This document shows positions 38,237 to 50,040 of a stretch of 64,000 nucleotides of DNA, one piece after another. The notes under the pieces are model-generated. The model did not search any database, was not told the origin of the DNA, and was given only the letters and a program-made list of their open reading frames with translations. The stretch is from Neoechinorhynchus agilis (lineage: Eukaryota; Animalia; Acanthocephala), in the NCBI GenBank assembly GCA_051530055.1, contig CM121342.1, positions 2,576,797 through 2,640,796 of the forward strand. The letters are read 5' to 3'. Every line of letters starts with the position of its first letter. Position 1 is the stretch's first letter. The translations under genes were made by a program, and so were the position numbers.

Positions 38237-38749
38237 GATAGTGGTCCACACCGATTTTTAATGTCCGGCCACAGTGAGGACTTATTCGAAATTAGAAAAA
38301 TGCCTTAAGTTTATACACAAAATGTATATTTTTGTTTTAGCCCAGAAGGCAACGGGATGCTCGACTATCAAAAATAAGAACAGTTTTACTAAAGTGATCA
38401 TTAATTTAATTCTTTAAATAATCCGTAAATGCTATGAATTTCAGACAGTGAAAAAACACGACTCGATCACACGAATGGCGAGCCCGATTACAATCAAAGA
38501 TGCGATTGCATCTCGAAGGGCAAATTATAGATTGAATAATAATCAGTATTTCATTTACTGTGGAGAACGCAAAAATGGCATTACATTACTAAGATGATGA
38601 GTGTCTGAACTTAGAACATAAATAACATAGTCCCGCTGAATAATTCGACCTTAAAATTGTCATAAACGAGAATAGGGAATTTCGAAAAGGTGCAGAGCGA
38701 AGCAGAAATATCAATGATTTGCTAGGACTTCCCGCAGTCGTCTTTTTAT

Positions 38750-38832
38750 AACTAACAAGCTGATGATGAACTCGACGAGGTTCGAAACGCCTTTAATAAA
38801 AAAATTATTTACCAGGTGAAGACCTAAACAAC
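38750..38832 (+). ncRNA. Minimal Penelope-type hammerhead ribozyme motif within a dispersed repeat, copy a (cleavage triplet degenerate)
   Basis: CTGATGA-T-GAACTCGACGAGGTTC-GAAA-CGCC followed by AATAAA and GACCTAAACAA. Confidence 0.5.
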
Positions 38833-39544
38833 ACCTCTTATCCGAAGGTTGAAAATTATTGATTTAGACATTAGTCTTTTGCTAAAAAAATTTCTTCTAT
38901 GGATTTAAAGATAATAATTTCAACTCCTATGAAAATGATTTTTAGCATAGAACCTCAAACATTCTTTAATGCAATAGAATGACGTATTGTCTGAATTAAT
39001 TGGGATCGAACATTATTCGGATACGAGATTTCATTTGGGATAACCTAATGTGATATATTCAATTTTTAAGACTCGACTACAGATATTAAAGTTTTTAACA
39101 TACTAGGAAAGTGGTTTTTAAAAAGCAAAACAAGGAGAGAATTACACAATTTTAGCTTTATTATTTAAAAATAATCTCTTATTTGATCTCTTTTTTATCA
39201 TTGTAGACCTTCGTTTTTTATCTGATTCTCTTCTAGCAACAGAAGTTGAGTGGGACAGAAATCCGGATAAAATTGACGTTTCACTGTACTTATTTAAATA
39301 CATCAATTTAAGTTTTAAACGGTACTTTCAGATTGAACACGTATGTTTAAACTCAATTTTTTTAATCTAAAATCATCGCCAAAAATATCAAGCCAACTTT
39401 TGGATTTTCCCGTCTTACCGCGGGAAATATCACCTTCTAAATTAAAACCTAGAAGGAACACACACAGATTTGTTTTCGATGAGGAAAGGTTAATCTTACA
39501 AGCGCTCCTGCAAGCAATAAACATCAATTCGAACCAGAACGGAT

Positions 39545-39715
39545 CTTCCAACCCAACCGGATATTCTCAAACGAACGGACTCGTAATCCACTCCAAAATC
39601 AATAGCCAGTTTCATTTTTCAAAAGCAGAAATCGAATGTTTATGAGGACCCAAACGGGGACTTGAATCCTCTTCTTTTTAAATCAACAAATAAAACGTAT
39701 TATTTTAAACAGTAA
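39545..39715 (+). repeat. Diverged direct repeat, paired with ~40625-40770
   Basis: Both carry GGACTCGTAATCCACTCCAAAATCAATAG...GGACCCAAACGGGGAC...AATCAACAAAT. Confidence 0.8.
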
Positions 39716-39793
39716 TAAATTACGCAAAACCCATTAGAATTTGACTTCAATAGAGATTTTCCGTTTTTATTTTGACTATAACACGTACAACAA

Positions 39794-40240
39794 CTAAGAG
39801 AGTTTAAATCGTTCAGCTCTCTTTTGCCTTCGTTCACCGTCGGTTTGTAGTTTTGAGGCACTCAAAACGCAACTGTTCACGTCGCCGAACCTCTCCAATC
39901 TTTTCCGCTTTCGGGTATCATCGTTCGATTGAATAATAGCTTCCACATTAGCCACCAGCCCGAACCGTTCAATTCTCTTCTTAATCCTTTCATCGCTGTC
40001 ATTAGTAGAAGTAGCAATTGACGTTTCAGGAGCAGTTTTTACATTAAGCCCAAATCGGGCAGCACGTATTTTTTTCATTTCTTCATTGTTTGATGTTGAG
40101 CCTTGGACCAACTGTTCGAATCGCTTACGGCGAGCTTCTCGTTTATCTTCATTGAGATCCAATGATAATCGCTCAGATGTATTGAACCTTTCACGGCGTT
40201 TTTGTTTGCGATCATCCTCACTGAGGATACGGACATTCAT
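39794..40240 (-). CDS. SARNP: SARNP/Tho1/MOS11-like RNA-binding protein, C-terminal repeat region (upstream SAP-domain exon not found)
   Basis: Six repeats of the K-R-x-x-R-F(G) motif (KRRERFN, RRKRFE, IRAARFG, KRIERFG, KRLERFG, KRAERFK). An ATAG acceptor-like site lies just upstream. Confidence 0.65.
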   Translation of the reverse strand: MNVRILSEDDRKQKRRERFNTSERLSLDLNEDKREARRKRFEQLVQGSTSNNEEMKKIRAARFGLNVKTAPETSIATSTNDSDERIKKRIERFGLVANVEAIIQSNDDTRKRKRLERFGDVNSCVLSASKLQTDGERRQKRAERFKLS

Positions 40241-40327
40241 CTTAAGCTATCGAAATTGATGCAAAAAACCACACAGAGATAGATCGTGGACAAATTGAAA
40301 CAATCAACAGTGTCTTCATTGGGCAAA

Positions 40328-40490
40328 AATAATAACAATAAAAATCATGTGAGTCGTTGTTCGGTCATAAAAAAGTAAATAAAATAATAACAATAAAAAA
40401 TTACGTGAGTCGTTAACCGGTCAAAAAAGTAAATAAAAATAGTCGCAATAAAAATTACGCATGTCGTAAACCTGCGGGAAAAAGCCACGC
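40328..40490 (+). repeat. ~55-bp tandem repeat, 3 degenerate copies
   Basis: AATAACAATAAAAA(T)..GTGAGTCGTT...GGTCA.AAAAAGTAAATAAAA is repeated. Confidence 0.75.
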
Positions 40491-41229
40491 CAACGATCAA
40501 TAAAATCGGAATGGTCGTTTTGTCAAAGAATCTGAGTCTTGCTCGCTTCAAAGTACTCAGGATTTTGCTTACATGTTTCTTCCAGATAGATTCTTTGGCG
40601 CTAAAAACATTACATATTTCGGCCCAACCACCCGACCGGACTCGTAATCCACTCCAAAATCAATAGACAGATTTATTTTCCAATCAGAACTCGAGTGTTT
40701 ATAAGGACCCAAACGGGGACGTGGGTCCTCTTCTTTGTGAATCAACAAATCAAACGTGTTATTATTGGTACGAATTCGGTTGGTACCTTTCTTACGGAAA
40801 AAGCTCATTGTCGGTTTTACTCCACCGAAGAAAGATGGCGCATAGAATTTGTCCATAAAAATCTTGGACAGGAGTCGATATTTTCTATTGGTGCATAAAG
40901 GGGAGATGGACTACTCGACGGTGTCCACCTTTCGGACGATCACGCGACCGAAGTTTATAAACATCGCATAGGATTGTGACTCCATCGCTACTAATAGTCG
41001 CTTTTAATGCTTCATTACTGCCGCGTTCAAATAATTTAATATTCTTATTTTCAGAACAGGCTGACGTCGCTTCGTGCAGAATGCCGTTTTGATTTACGGG
41101 TTCTCCCATTCGGAAACTATTTTTGCTTCCCAAATCTTTATGTTCGACTTATCTTAACGGACTGAGTTATACAGCAAACTCTTTTTAGATCAACGCCACA
41201 TAAAAATCGTCCCGAAGAGCTGGATATGA

Positions 41230-41410
41230 ACCAAAATAAAGTTAGAATTATTGTTTAGGTTTACACTTGGTAAATGATTATTTGTAAAAGACGTTTCGAA
41301 CCTCGTCGGATTCATCATCAGTTTGTTTGTTAGTAATAGACGCTAAGCGTCTAGCTTAACAAAAAAATACATTCACATTCCACGGTACCTCACATATCGA
41401 CATTTTTAGA
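41230..41410 (-). ncRNA. Minimal Penelope-type hammerhead motif, copy b (core intact) within a dispersed repeat
   Basis: Minus strand 41321-41290 reads CTGATGA-T-GAATCCGACGAGGTTC-GAA-ACGT-C, with a palindromic ACGT stem III and a UC cleavage dinucleotide. Flanks are shared with copies a and c. Confidence 0.6.
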
Positions 41411-41479
41411 AAATATTTTTCCAGCAAAAACTAAAATATACCATAACTAATGATCTCTTCTGTTAATCGCTTCCCCTCA

Positions 41480-42010
41480 TTGCAGAACGACCATGTAGTA
41501 ATCGGGAAGCATATGTCTCATCCATCGGCAATCAGGAGGAAGGTACTCACGACAAGCCGAAGTGAACGCAATGCTCATAGCCATGCCCTGAATACTGTGA
41601 ATGCGCCCAACATCTGAGAGCCGAGCAATCTTTGCCGACTCGATGGCCGTAGACCGGACGGTGTCACAGTATTCCCGTGGCGAGGGGATGTAAATGCCTT
41701 CTCTGGGACGCCATTCCCTGCCAGCAACATAAAATTCGCCACTATTAAACCAGGAGGGGGCAGCAACTGCCGCTGAGGAACGCAAAAGGACAAAATACAG
41801 GGACCTGAGTCGAAATCATTATTTTGTTCCCTTTGGCTTCGAGGCGCTCGGGTCGTTTGTTACCGCGGTGTGGGACCTGGTCAAGCAATTGTCTAAGAGA
41901 TTGAGACGAATCACTGGCGATCAGAGATCAGGAGCATTCCTCCTACAAAACATAAGTCCGGCTGTGCAACACGGAAAAACGCTGCATCCGTCCTTTCGAC
42001 CGTTACACCA
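41480..42010 (+). mobile_element. Second, diverged CRE-type RLE 3' fragment
   Basis: EPSNLCRLDGRRPDGVTVFPW, AATAAEERKRTKY, YFVPFGFEALGS and LLQNIS.AVQHG; homologous to 27370-27790. Confidence 0.8.
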
Positions 42011-42230
42011 GGACGGCAGCTGAGTGATCCAGAGCAGTGGCTTGAATGATTTAACATGTAACTTTAAAATAACTTTCATAAAAATTATTTCCCCCAAAAA
42101 AATAATAATTATTCGAAAATATTGAATAAACTCTCAATAGGAGATTAGTGTAGGTTGTGCATAAATTTACAAAAACCCACGAGGAAAGATTGAACCCGAC
42201 GCTTTCTTTTCAACAACGAGATTAACAATG

Positions 42231-42460
42231 AGGTGGTCTATTGGACTAGAGCTCCCTGTGTCAAAATGTTCAAATCCACGATCGCCATTGACTCACCATC
42301 AAAGGGTACGAAATACCTCCATGAAGGGGGTAGGAAATTCACTGATGAGTCCCGCCAGAAGATCCGGAGGAATGTACAAACTCATAACCGTTTAGTTATG
42401 AGCAATGAGCGTAGACCAGCGCTTCCCTGGCCTAGATCGGTAGACGATGTGCCAAAATAA
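42231..42460 (+). mobile_element. tRNA-derived SINE, copy 2
   Basis: AGGTGGTCTA...GTTCAAATCCACGATCGCC...AAAGGGTACGAAATACC...CACTGATGAGTCCC...GCGCTTCCCT is collinear with 36987-37255. Confidence 0.7.
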
Positions 42461-43125
42461 TTCAGCCGCGTAGCCACTCAAGAAAATCCTGAATTTATGC
42501 AAATACCAACCAACTCGTTAAAGTTCGAGGTTATCTTCTAGTCATTAATTTTGGAATGTATCGATTCCTAAACCAATCGTCCGATATAATTGATGCCTTT
42601 TTCGGTCGAAAGTTCGGGCCATTGTACGAGCAAGTGGTCTACAAACGGTCGAACCATTTTAGCACTTAATGAGAGCGTCTTCACTCTGCAAACACTTTCA
42701 ACGTAGACAATATTTAGTCCTTGAGAATGGCTGAGCTTTGGATGGAATGTGAGCCAACTAAAGTATTTGACAATCACAGCGGCCGATTGAAATTACGAGA
42801 GATGTATTAAACAATTATTTAGAAGTATCAATGTCCACAGCCTTAACTAATTAATTTTCTCAAATAAAGTCGATTAACCCTCGACTTTCATTATCTTAAG
42901 CATAAATATTAATATTTGCTGCATAAATAAGCTTGGTTCAAAGTAAATACATGCCAAGATGTCTGCTTTTACTTGCCGGATTTTAATGAAAACTGAGACT
43001 GTTCCAATGCCTACTTCACTTTCAATAGAATTATAAGTAAAACTTTAAAATTATTTTTAAAACAAAAGCACAAATTAAGCATTTATAACGTTTTTAATAC
43101 GACCATAATCGTCGGCTTTTCAACA

Positions 43126-44853
43126 TTATCTTCTACTGTAAAAACTCCGCGGTTTACTGAAGTTTTTACTTCTATTTCGGCTCTGTTCCGTATTGCGATT
43201 ATAGTAAACGTCTTGTCGGTCTTCCTGGTAATTCCGTGCTCGATAATCTCGCTCGTACATTCGATCATTGCGATTTGAATGCTGCCGGTTCATCGGGAAC
43301 TGCCTCATGTTATAATGTTGTTGTCTCGTTGTAGAGTCCTGCCAACGTGACCTTCGTTCGCCATTATCCCTAGAGTTGAAATTTAATCTACCATCATGTT
43401 GATGTCTATTATTATCATTTTGTCGATGATTAGAGTATTGATTTCTAGGATGAACTTGGTCCAGTTGTCTCTGGTTCTGAAATCTCGGCCTTGAAGATTC
43501 ACTTCGCTCGCCAAATCGATCTGCAGAGAATTGATTGCGATTAGAGCTCGGTCGATGAACTGTTCTGCTTCGTGGAGTATCTAATCGTTCCGTCTCATTT
43601 TTCACGTCGGTTCTTTGTTGACCTTGCGAATCTTGACAATGCACCGACGGTGGCCTGTATTCAGCAGATTGTTGAGAAACATTGGTTTTCTGGTTAGCCG
43701 GAATTTTCTGTTCAATTTGGTTCGATTTTGATTGATGATCCGCATTTTTGTCATCATTTAAATTCTGTGTATCAACGGCATTATCAATTTGAGAATTTGA
43801 TTTTTCGTCGCATTCATTTCGGCTCGGTTCAGTCTTGCGATTGCAGTAAACTTCTTGTCGGCCTTCCTGGTAATTCCGTGCTCGATAATCTCGCTCGTAC
43901 ATTCGATCGTCGCGATTTGAATGCTGCCGGTTCATCGGGAACTGCCTCTGGTTATAATGTTGTTGTCTCGTTGTAGAGTCCTGCCAACGTGACCTTCGTT
44001 CCCCATTATCCCTTGGGTTATAATTTAATCTAATATTTTGCTGATGTCCATTATTGTCGTTTTGTCGATAATTCGAGTGTTGATTTCTAGAATGAACTTG
44101 ATCCAGCGGTCTCTGGTTCTGAAATCTTGGTCCCAATGATTCACCTCGCTCACCCAATCGATCGGCAAAGAATTGATTGCGATTCGAGTTCGGTCGATGA
44201 ACTGTTCTGCTTCTTGGAGTATCTGATCTTTCCGTTTCATTTTTGGCATCCCTCCTTTGTTGGTTTTGCAGATCTCGACAATGCGCCGGCGGCGGCCTGT
44301 GTCCAACAAATTCATGAGAAACATTGGTTTTCTGGTTAGCCGGAATTTCCTCCCCAATTTGGTTCGATTTTAATCGATGAACCATATTATTGTTATCATT
44401 TGAAGTCTGTGTATCCGGTGCATTATCGATTTGGGGGTTGGACTTTTTGTTGCGTTCGCAGTCACTGCAATATTCGGACTCATCGGACCCGTCGTTGCAC
44501 TCAACACAAACATCAACTGCCATAGTTACAGGACTATCGTTTTCATGTTTCTTGGTATCTTGTACCTCATTACTTCCATCAATTAGACAATTTTTATTTC
44601 GCTCAATATCGCGATTTCGGTCAGAATAAAGTCCCAGCTCTCTCTCCGTTTCGGAACGAATTATTGTATTAGCTGAACTTATTCTTACACCATCCGAATC
44701 GTTTCCTTTTGTTGATTTCTCGGAGCTCTCATTAATGATTTCTGGTTGACCAACGAGCTCCTGCGTCCACGTACCATCTGGTAATTGGTAACTTGGGATG
44801 TGAAATGTGCCGGTTTCTGGATCGAACACTACTTCAGGTAATCTATTTGACAT
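43126..44853 (-). CDS. Gene B copy 2 (575 aa)
   Basis: Intact ORF, paralogous to 17275-18996; the only length change is an in-frame +2 aa near the C-terminus. Confidence 0.8.
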   Translation of the reverse strand: MSNRLPEVVFDPETGTFHIPSYQLPDGTWTQELVGQPEIINESSEKSTKGNDSDGVRISSANTIIRSETERELGLYSDRNRDIERNKNCLIDGSNEVQDTKKHENDSPVTMAVDVCVECNDGSDESEYCSDCERNKKSNPQIDNAPDTQTSNDNNNMVHRLKSNQIGEEIPANQKTNVSHEFVGHRPPPAHCRDLQNQQRRDAKNETERSDTPRSRTVHRPNSNRNQFFADRLGERGESLGPRFQNQRPLDQVHSRNQHSNYRQNDNNGHQQNIRLNYNPRDNGERRSRWQDSTTRQQHYNQRQFPMNRQHSNRDDRMYERDYRARNYQEGRQEVYCNRKTEPSRNECDEKSNSQIDNAVDTQNLNDDKNADHQSKSNQIEQKIPANQKTNVSQQSAEYRPPSVHCQDSQGQQRTDVKNETERLDTPRSRTVHRPSSNRNQFSADRFGERSESSRPRFQNQRQLDQVHPRNQYSNHRQNDNNRHQHDGRLNFNSRDNGERRSRWQDSTTRQQHYNMRQFPMNRQHSNRNDRMYERDYRARNYQEDRQDVYYNRNTEQSRNRSKNFSKPRSFYSRR

Positions 44854-46896
44854 TCTAAAAATGGAATGTTATTAAATAACCGGTCATTGTATAAGTAAAC
44901 TCTTTCAGCAGCGACGAGAAAAATTATTGAAATTAAGTGATTGTATCCCTTAATTAATTTTTTCTATAGTGCTTTTGTGGAAAATGCACTAATTACGGAA
45001 ACCTAATTAAAATTTTAATTAAGTTAAATAAAGTAAATTTTAAAAAGCAGGAGTTTCGTTCAAGTTCTATTGTTTCGAAGACCAACTTCCGGTCATTGAT
45101 TTAGTTCTAAATAATTAAAATAGACTTTTTTGATGAACTTATGTCAATTTTTTCTATAGAGAACGAATTTCTATACATGAAGAAATTGCAGCCTTCAGGG
45201 CACTACCAAAAACGCGATTAAGGTAAAAAGATAAAATGCGGAAATTTTAGCACTTGAAATAATTTTTGTCGTGCTCGTTTTATCAAAATTGTTTTCCTGT
45301 ATGTCGATAACATTACTTACGTTTTAAGTATTTCAGGTAATTTTAAATAGTTGAATGTTCCCTTGGTTTGTAGATGTAATAATTTTTATCAAGAGATTTC
45401 AGAAGTTCGTTTTCGAGTGATAGCAGTAACTTATTGAAAACTCTCTCGATAGAAGCTGCGTTGGGTTTTTATCTGCTGTCAAAAGAGCGATGCAGGTCAA
45501 ATGCTAAAGGGGCGTTTGTTGTATTTCGTTATTAAAAGCTGATAAAATCAACCAATGAGCGCACGAGCGGTTTGCTTTGCTTTTATCTACATTTCTATTT
45601 GTATAATCAAGAAACTTGCGTGCTGGTAATTATTTTATTGTCAATAGAGATGTTCAGCAGTACAGTTTAAAGCAATCAATACGTTTATTTTATTCTTTGG
45701 CTGATGTTACGGCTAAAAAGACTGGTAAATCTGTTATTTTTTATTGAAAGTTTCATAGTCGCGAATGAATTTTGATTCAAAGTCCCGTTATTTACAGGGA
45801 AATAAATGTAATAACTACGGATGAGAGCGTTATGATCAAATATTTGTTGAATTCTAATACGGTCTAATGGTTTTCACTTTCATCCATTGTCCATAAATTT
45901 CGCATCAGGCTGTAAGATCGATCATTAGAAGATCACATTACCGTCCATTGCTAAGAAGAAGACTTCGGTCATTTTTTGACTTTGTAGAAAATTCTCCTTA
46001 AATCTATCGACCGTATTTTTTAAAGAAATAAGATATGTCGACGAAAAGTGGTGATATATTTAACTGTATAAATTTCCTTAACATAACGAGGCAATGCTGC
46101 TAGCGTGATAGCGACAGCCGAGTACGGAGAGAAGTTGCAATTTTGCGGACGGTGGTGATTGCACGTTTTGTCTTTTATTATTGTAAAACTTATTGTTAAA
46201 TTTCCTTAATGCTGAATCGTACTTGGTTAATATCATTCAATTTTAATCAAGGTCCTCTAAAAAACAATTGTTTTTTTGTCATTATCGGACTTTACATCGT
46301 TGTCGAAAACTAACTGTTAGTGAACTTTTCAAACTTTCTGCGCTTGCTTTCTTCTCAAAAATATGAATTTTGGACGCATTATCCTTTTTTTTATTTTCTA
46401 AACTTATTGTTAGTCGTCGTATGCATTTTTGAAGAACTTCGAAATCGTTTTTAGATTCTAATAACCAAGAAATAAGCGTTTACGTTTTGGTTTTCAATTT
46501 TTTTGCCAGTTCAAACCTTAAAATAATTATGTTCTTTGCGTAACATTCAGGCGCATTGCATTTGGCTAATTTCAAAGCGAGAATCGATGTTTTATTTTTT
46601 AATGCTGAATAAGTTTAAAGCGTAAATACGGACCGCTATGCAAAATTCGACGTTTCGGGTTTTATGGACTTTTTCTTCTCATTTCCACCAGCAAATAAAA
46701 TAGAACAACAGTGCAATATTCTTCGTCCAAAATTAATAGTGAAATCTTTTGAACTAGACAAATAATTTATTGCTTGCGGTTTATTATCGTTATGTTTGTT
46801 TATGGTGGAAATTGTGAAGGAGTTTTATTAAATCCCATAAAAGGAGCTCCGTTCAAAGGCCTAGATTTTTGTATGTACACGAAGAAAGCTGAATCA

Positions 46897-47700
46897 TTAA
46901 GTTCCATGGTGAAGAAACGAGATGAATATGAAAGCTAACAGAATTACCCTCACCGAATGTTTGCCAACCAAACAAATTTGAAAGAAGAACCAAAGAACGC
47001 AAATAAGCTCTAACGAGAAGCACCAATGCCAGTTCCGTGATACTGAACCATTTTGAGCAATAAGGCAAGGTGCCAAGGCTGTTGGCGTCTTGGAAGTTTC
47101 AGTCGTAATTTCCATTTTCTCGATTGGTACATCGGTCGTTCTTAAAGATTCGGTAGTTGTTATTTTTGTAAGCTCTAGCGCGGTCGTTTTAATTGACTCA
47201 AAATCGAAATTTGGATTCGTCGTTCTGTGGTCGTCAAATAAAACCTTTGGTTTCACATCGGCGCCTTTGAGTATCGATTTATGCTCTATTCCCTCAGTCT
47301 TCGGCTGAGCAGGAATCCCAGTAATGCTCAACCCTTTGACTATATTCTTTGTGTTTTTCTGAGACGGCCTGAGATGGCAATGTTTGTGCTTCATATCCCT
47401 TGTAACTTTTATTCCACCTTGATTGATAATTTTGATTCCACCAGTTATTTCCACATGGATTTGTACCGAAATCGTACGGCGGAGAGTTTATCAATGCTGC
47501 ACTTGGAGACGCCGAACTCATTACTTTTTTGGCCAAAGATGTAGAATCGCCAGTTGAGCTTTTCATCTCGATTGCTTCGGTTCCTAGCAAAGATCCTACT
47601 TTAATTCGCGATTCCATTCCAGGTATTGATTCACCAGACGAAGCGATCGGATAATTTTCAGTGGTCAATGGTCGATTGACTGCAATCTGTGGATACTTCT
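46897..47700 (-). pseudogene. Gene A copy 2; reading frame broken by a 31-bp extra segment (47337-47367) unless it is partly spliced out
   Basis: ORFs 47294-47668 and 46897-47454 overlap in different frames around the extra segment. Confidence 0.45.
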
Positions 47701-48373
47701 CGAGGAGAAATGTAACTAAAATCTTTTAAGATAACACGATGGTCTTCGTGTGTGTGCGTTTTTAATGTCTTGAACGACATCAGCAAACAACATTTCTAAG
47801 TCGCTTTTGTTACGATTTGCGTTTTTTAAAATAGAATTTTAATTTTACTTTAAACAAGCCCTATACATACATTAAAACAAAATTCACACACATCGTCCTT
47901 TTTCTAACACATTTTATCAGAATTTCCGTAAGCGTTGATCAAGGCAGAAGAGCAAGACTAAATGTTGGTATAATATCAAATCTCTCAGTGTTTCTCTGCT
48001 GTCTTTAGAAATATTTTAAGAGGGATCCAGTGCAATTAGGCTAAGAATCAAGCGCGAGACTTTTCAACGGTGTTAAGGTGGGGATAAAAATAAACTAGTT
48101 AATGCGCCGTGTGACGGTTCAGCGCACAATCCTATAGAGATAAATAAAATCAGCTCGTCAGTCAAAAACATTCGCGTTTTCAACTTGATGTTAGTCATTT
48201 TCTAAAAAAAATCCAGTTTAAAAATCGTATGTGCTTCCGAACATTGTCAATATGTTTCTATAGCATTTTGATATTTGTGGAAAAATCCAATTTCAACTTT
48301 TCTAATGGTTTCAAAACTCCAGCAAAACAATAGCAAATCCGGCAGTGCACAAGACGAATTCATATTTCCGAGT

Positions 48374-48745
48374 TGCAATTATTGCCGAAAATGGGGAATG
48401 CACTGATATCACACAAACCGATCACTCGGCGAATAAATGCCCCAACAAAGATTTGCACGCTCTTTAACAATGTGTTCAAGCTTCCTGACCTTCTTGCTTC
48501 AGGTGCTCAAATGCAAAAAATCAAAAAACGTGTTCTGCCAACAAAAGGCCCACAAAGGAGGACATGAGACACACGGAAATCAAGAAGCTTAGAGATGTAG
48601 CGGCGGAGGACAACGATGACTATCGCATGGAAATCGAGGAATCGGGCAACGAGTTTGTTTCCGCTATCATCGCAACTCAAACAGATTTGATCAACAAAGG
48701 CACGGCGGATCTAATCAAGAATGCCTCGGCCAGGAAACACTGATG
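48374..48745 (+). mobile_element. Possible decayed gag/ORF1-like CCHC zinc-knuckle sequence (duplicated at ~61402-61773)
   Basis: Removing 48392-48416 gives CNYCRKTDHSANKC (CX2CX4HX4C). The same frame continues with stops through PSCFRC... to 48745. Confidence 0.3.
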
Positions 48746-49085
48746 TCTCCTTTCAGATATTGGCGGGGAATATTTGGGTGTTGCAATGAAACTGTGGCGG
48801 GGCGACTAACCCCAGGAAGATTGCGCTTTTTCTATCCATAGTGTCTATAGTCCTTATTTAGGAAACGAACAGCATTTGCAATTTAGATTCTCGGTACTCT
48901 CATCTACGGATCAGGTAATTCAATGGAATACGTAGCTTTCGTGACCCAACCTGCTAATGTCGCGTCTCAAGGTATTGCTTGCGTTTTCAAAGCCTCCCTC
49001 GATCCCGTACTGATCTCTTCCTTCACGCCTCGTGTAGTTGTAGCTAATAGGCTTGATCTGGATCCCGGAGATTTCATCAAGGTCC

Positions 49086-49446
49086 GCGCCGGTGAAATAC
49101 CACTACCATCATTGTTTCTTTACTTACTCAGTGATTTAAGGTAGCGTTAATTCGCTATTTGCGATATATAATCCTTTTTTTTAGTGTCGAAGGAGTGTCT
49201 GGTCTTAAAACACAGATTGATTTGGAGTTTGACTGGGGCGGTACATCTGTTAAAACCTAACCCAGGTATCCCAATACAATCTCAGCGTGGACAGAAACCT
49301 TGCATAGAGCGAAAGGGACGAATAAACACAATGAAAGTTTGGCTTGTCGATCCTTTTGAATTTTACGAGTTTTAAGCAAGAGGTGTCAGAATAATTACCA
49401 CATGGATAACTGGCTTGTAGCGGCCAAGCGTCCACAGCGGCGTCGT

Positions 49447-49482
<36 letters not shown>

Positions 49483-50040
49483 GGATGCAAAAGTCCCATA
49501 GCGTTGGATTGTTCACCCATTAATAGGGAACGTGAGGAGGGTTTAGACCGTCGCGGGACAGATTAGTTTTACCCCACTGTTGAGCTGGTTGTTGTAATAG
49601 CAATCTTGCTAAGTATGAGAGGAACCGCAGGTTTGGACATCAGGTACACGCACTCGGTCGAGAGGCCGATGGTGCGAAGCTCCCTTCGCAGGATTACGAC
49701 TCTACCCCTCCAAGTCGTAAACCAAGTTAGGAGCAACAACACCAATGCGCAGTAGGCGGTCTGGATTTTTTACAAATGCGAGAAAGAGCGACGTTTTCAA
49801 CGCGGAAATTACGTCTCTTTTCGACGATTTATCCGCTACCGGCGACTATCATCTGCGCTCAGTGTCTACCTATAAAATTAATTGACCAGCGTAGTTGGCA
49901 GCCGTGTTTAATATCTCGCTGTTCTTGTGCGTTAAATCATTTGCAGACGACTTAATTCTCGGTAAACGTGTCGTAAATAGTAGAGTAGCCACCAAACTGC
50001 GAACTATTGAGACTTATCGTTTTAACCGGGGGATTTGTGT
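49086..50040 (+). pseudogene. Decayed 3' ~0.95-kb fragment of eukaryotic 28S rRNA (domains V-VI)
   Basis: Recognisable segments: GCCGGTGAAATACCACTAC, TTTGACTGGGGCGGTACATCTGT, GAGGTGTCAGA..TTACCAC..GGATAACTGGCTTG, GATCCTTCGATGTCGGCTCTTCCTATCATTG, GTTGGATTGTTCACCC, GAGAGGAACCGCAGGTT and the terminal TCATTTGCAGACGAC...CTATTGAGAC. It has an internal deletion, substitutions at conserved sites, and no 5' part or 18S/5.8S. Confidence 0.92.

Noticed and set aside
49136-49145. TTAAGGTAGC resembling the R2 retrotransposon 28S target site
   Set aside because: It lies in a variable expansion segment downstream of where the real site would be, the flanks do not match, and the second copy reads TTAAGGTAGG.
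49086-50040. Functional rRNA gene
   Set aside because: Only the 3' part is present, with a deletion and substitutions at conserved catalytic-centre positions; no 18S/5.8S or 5' 28S is adjacent.
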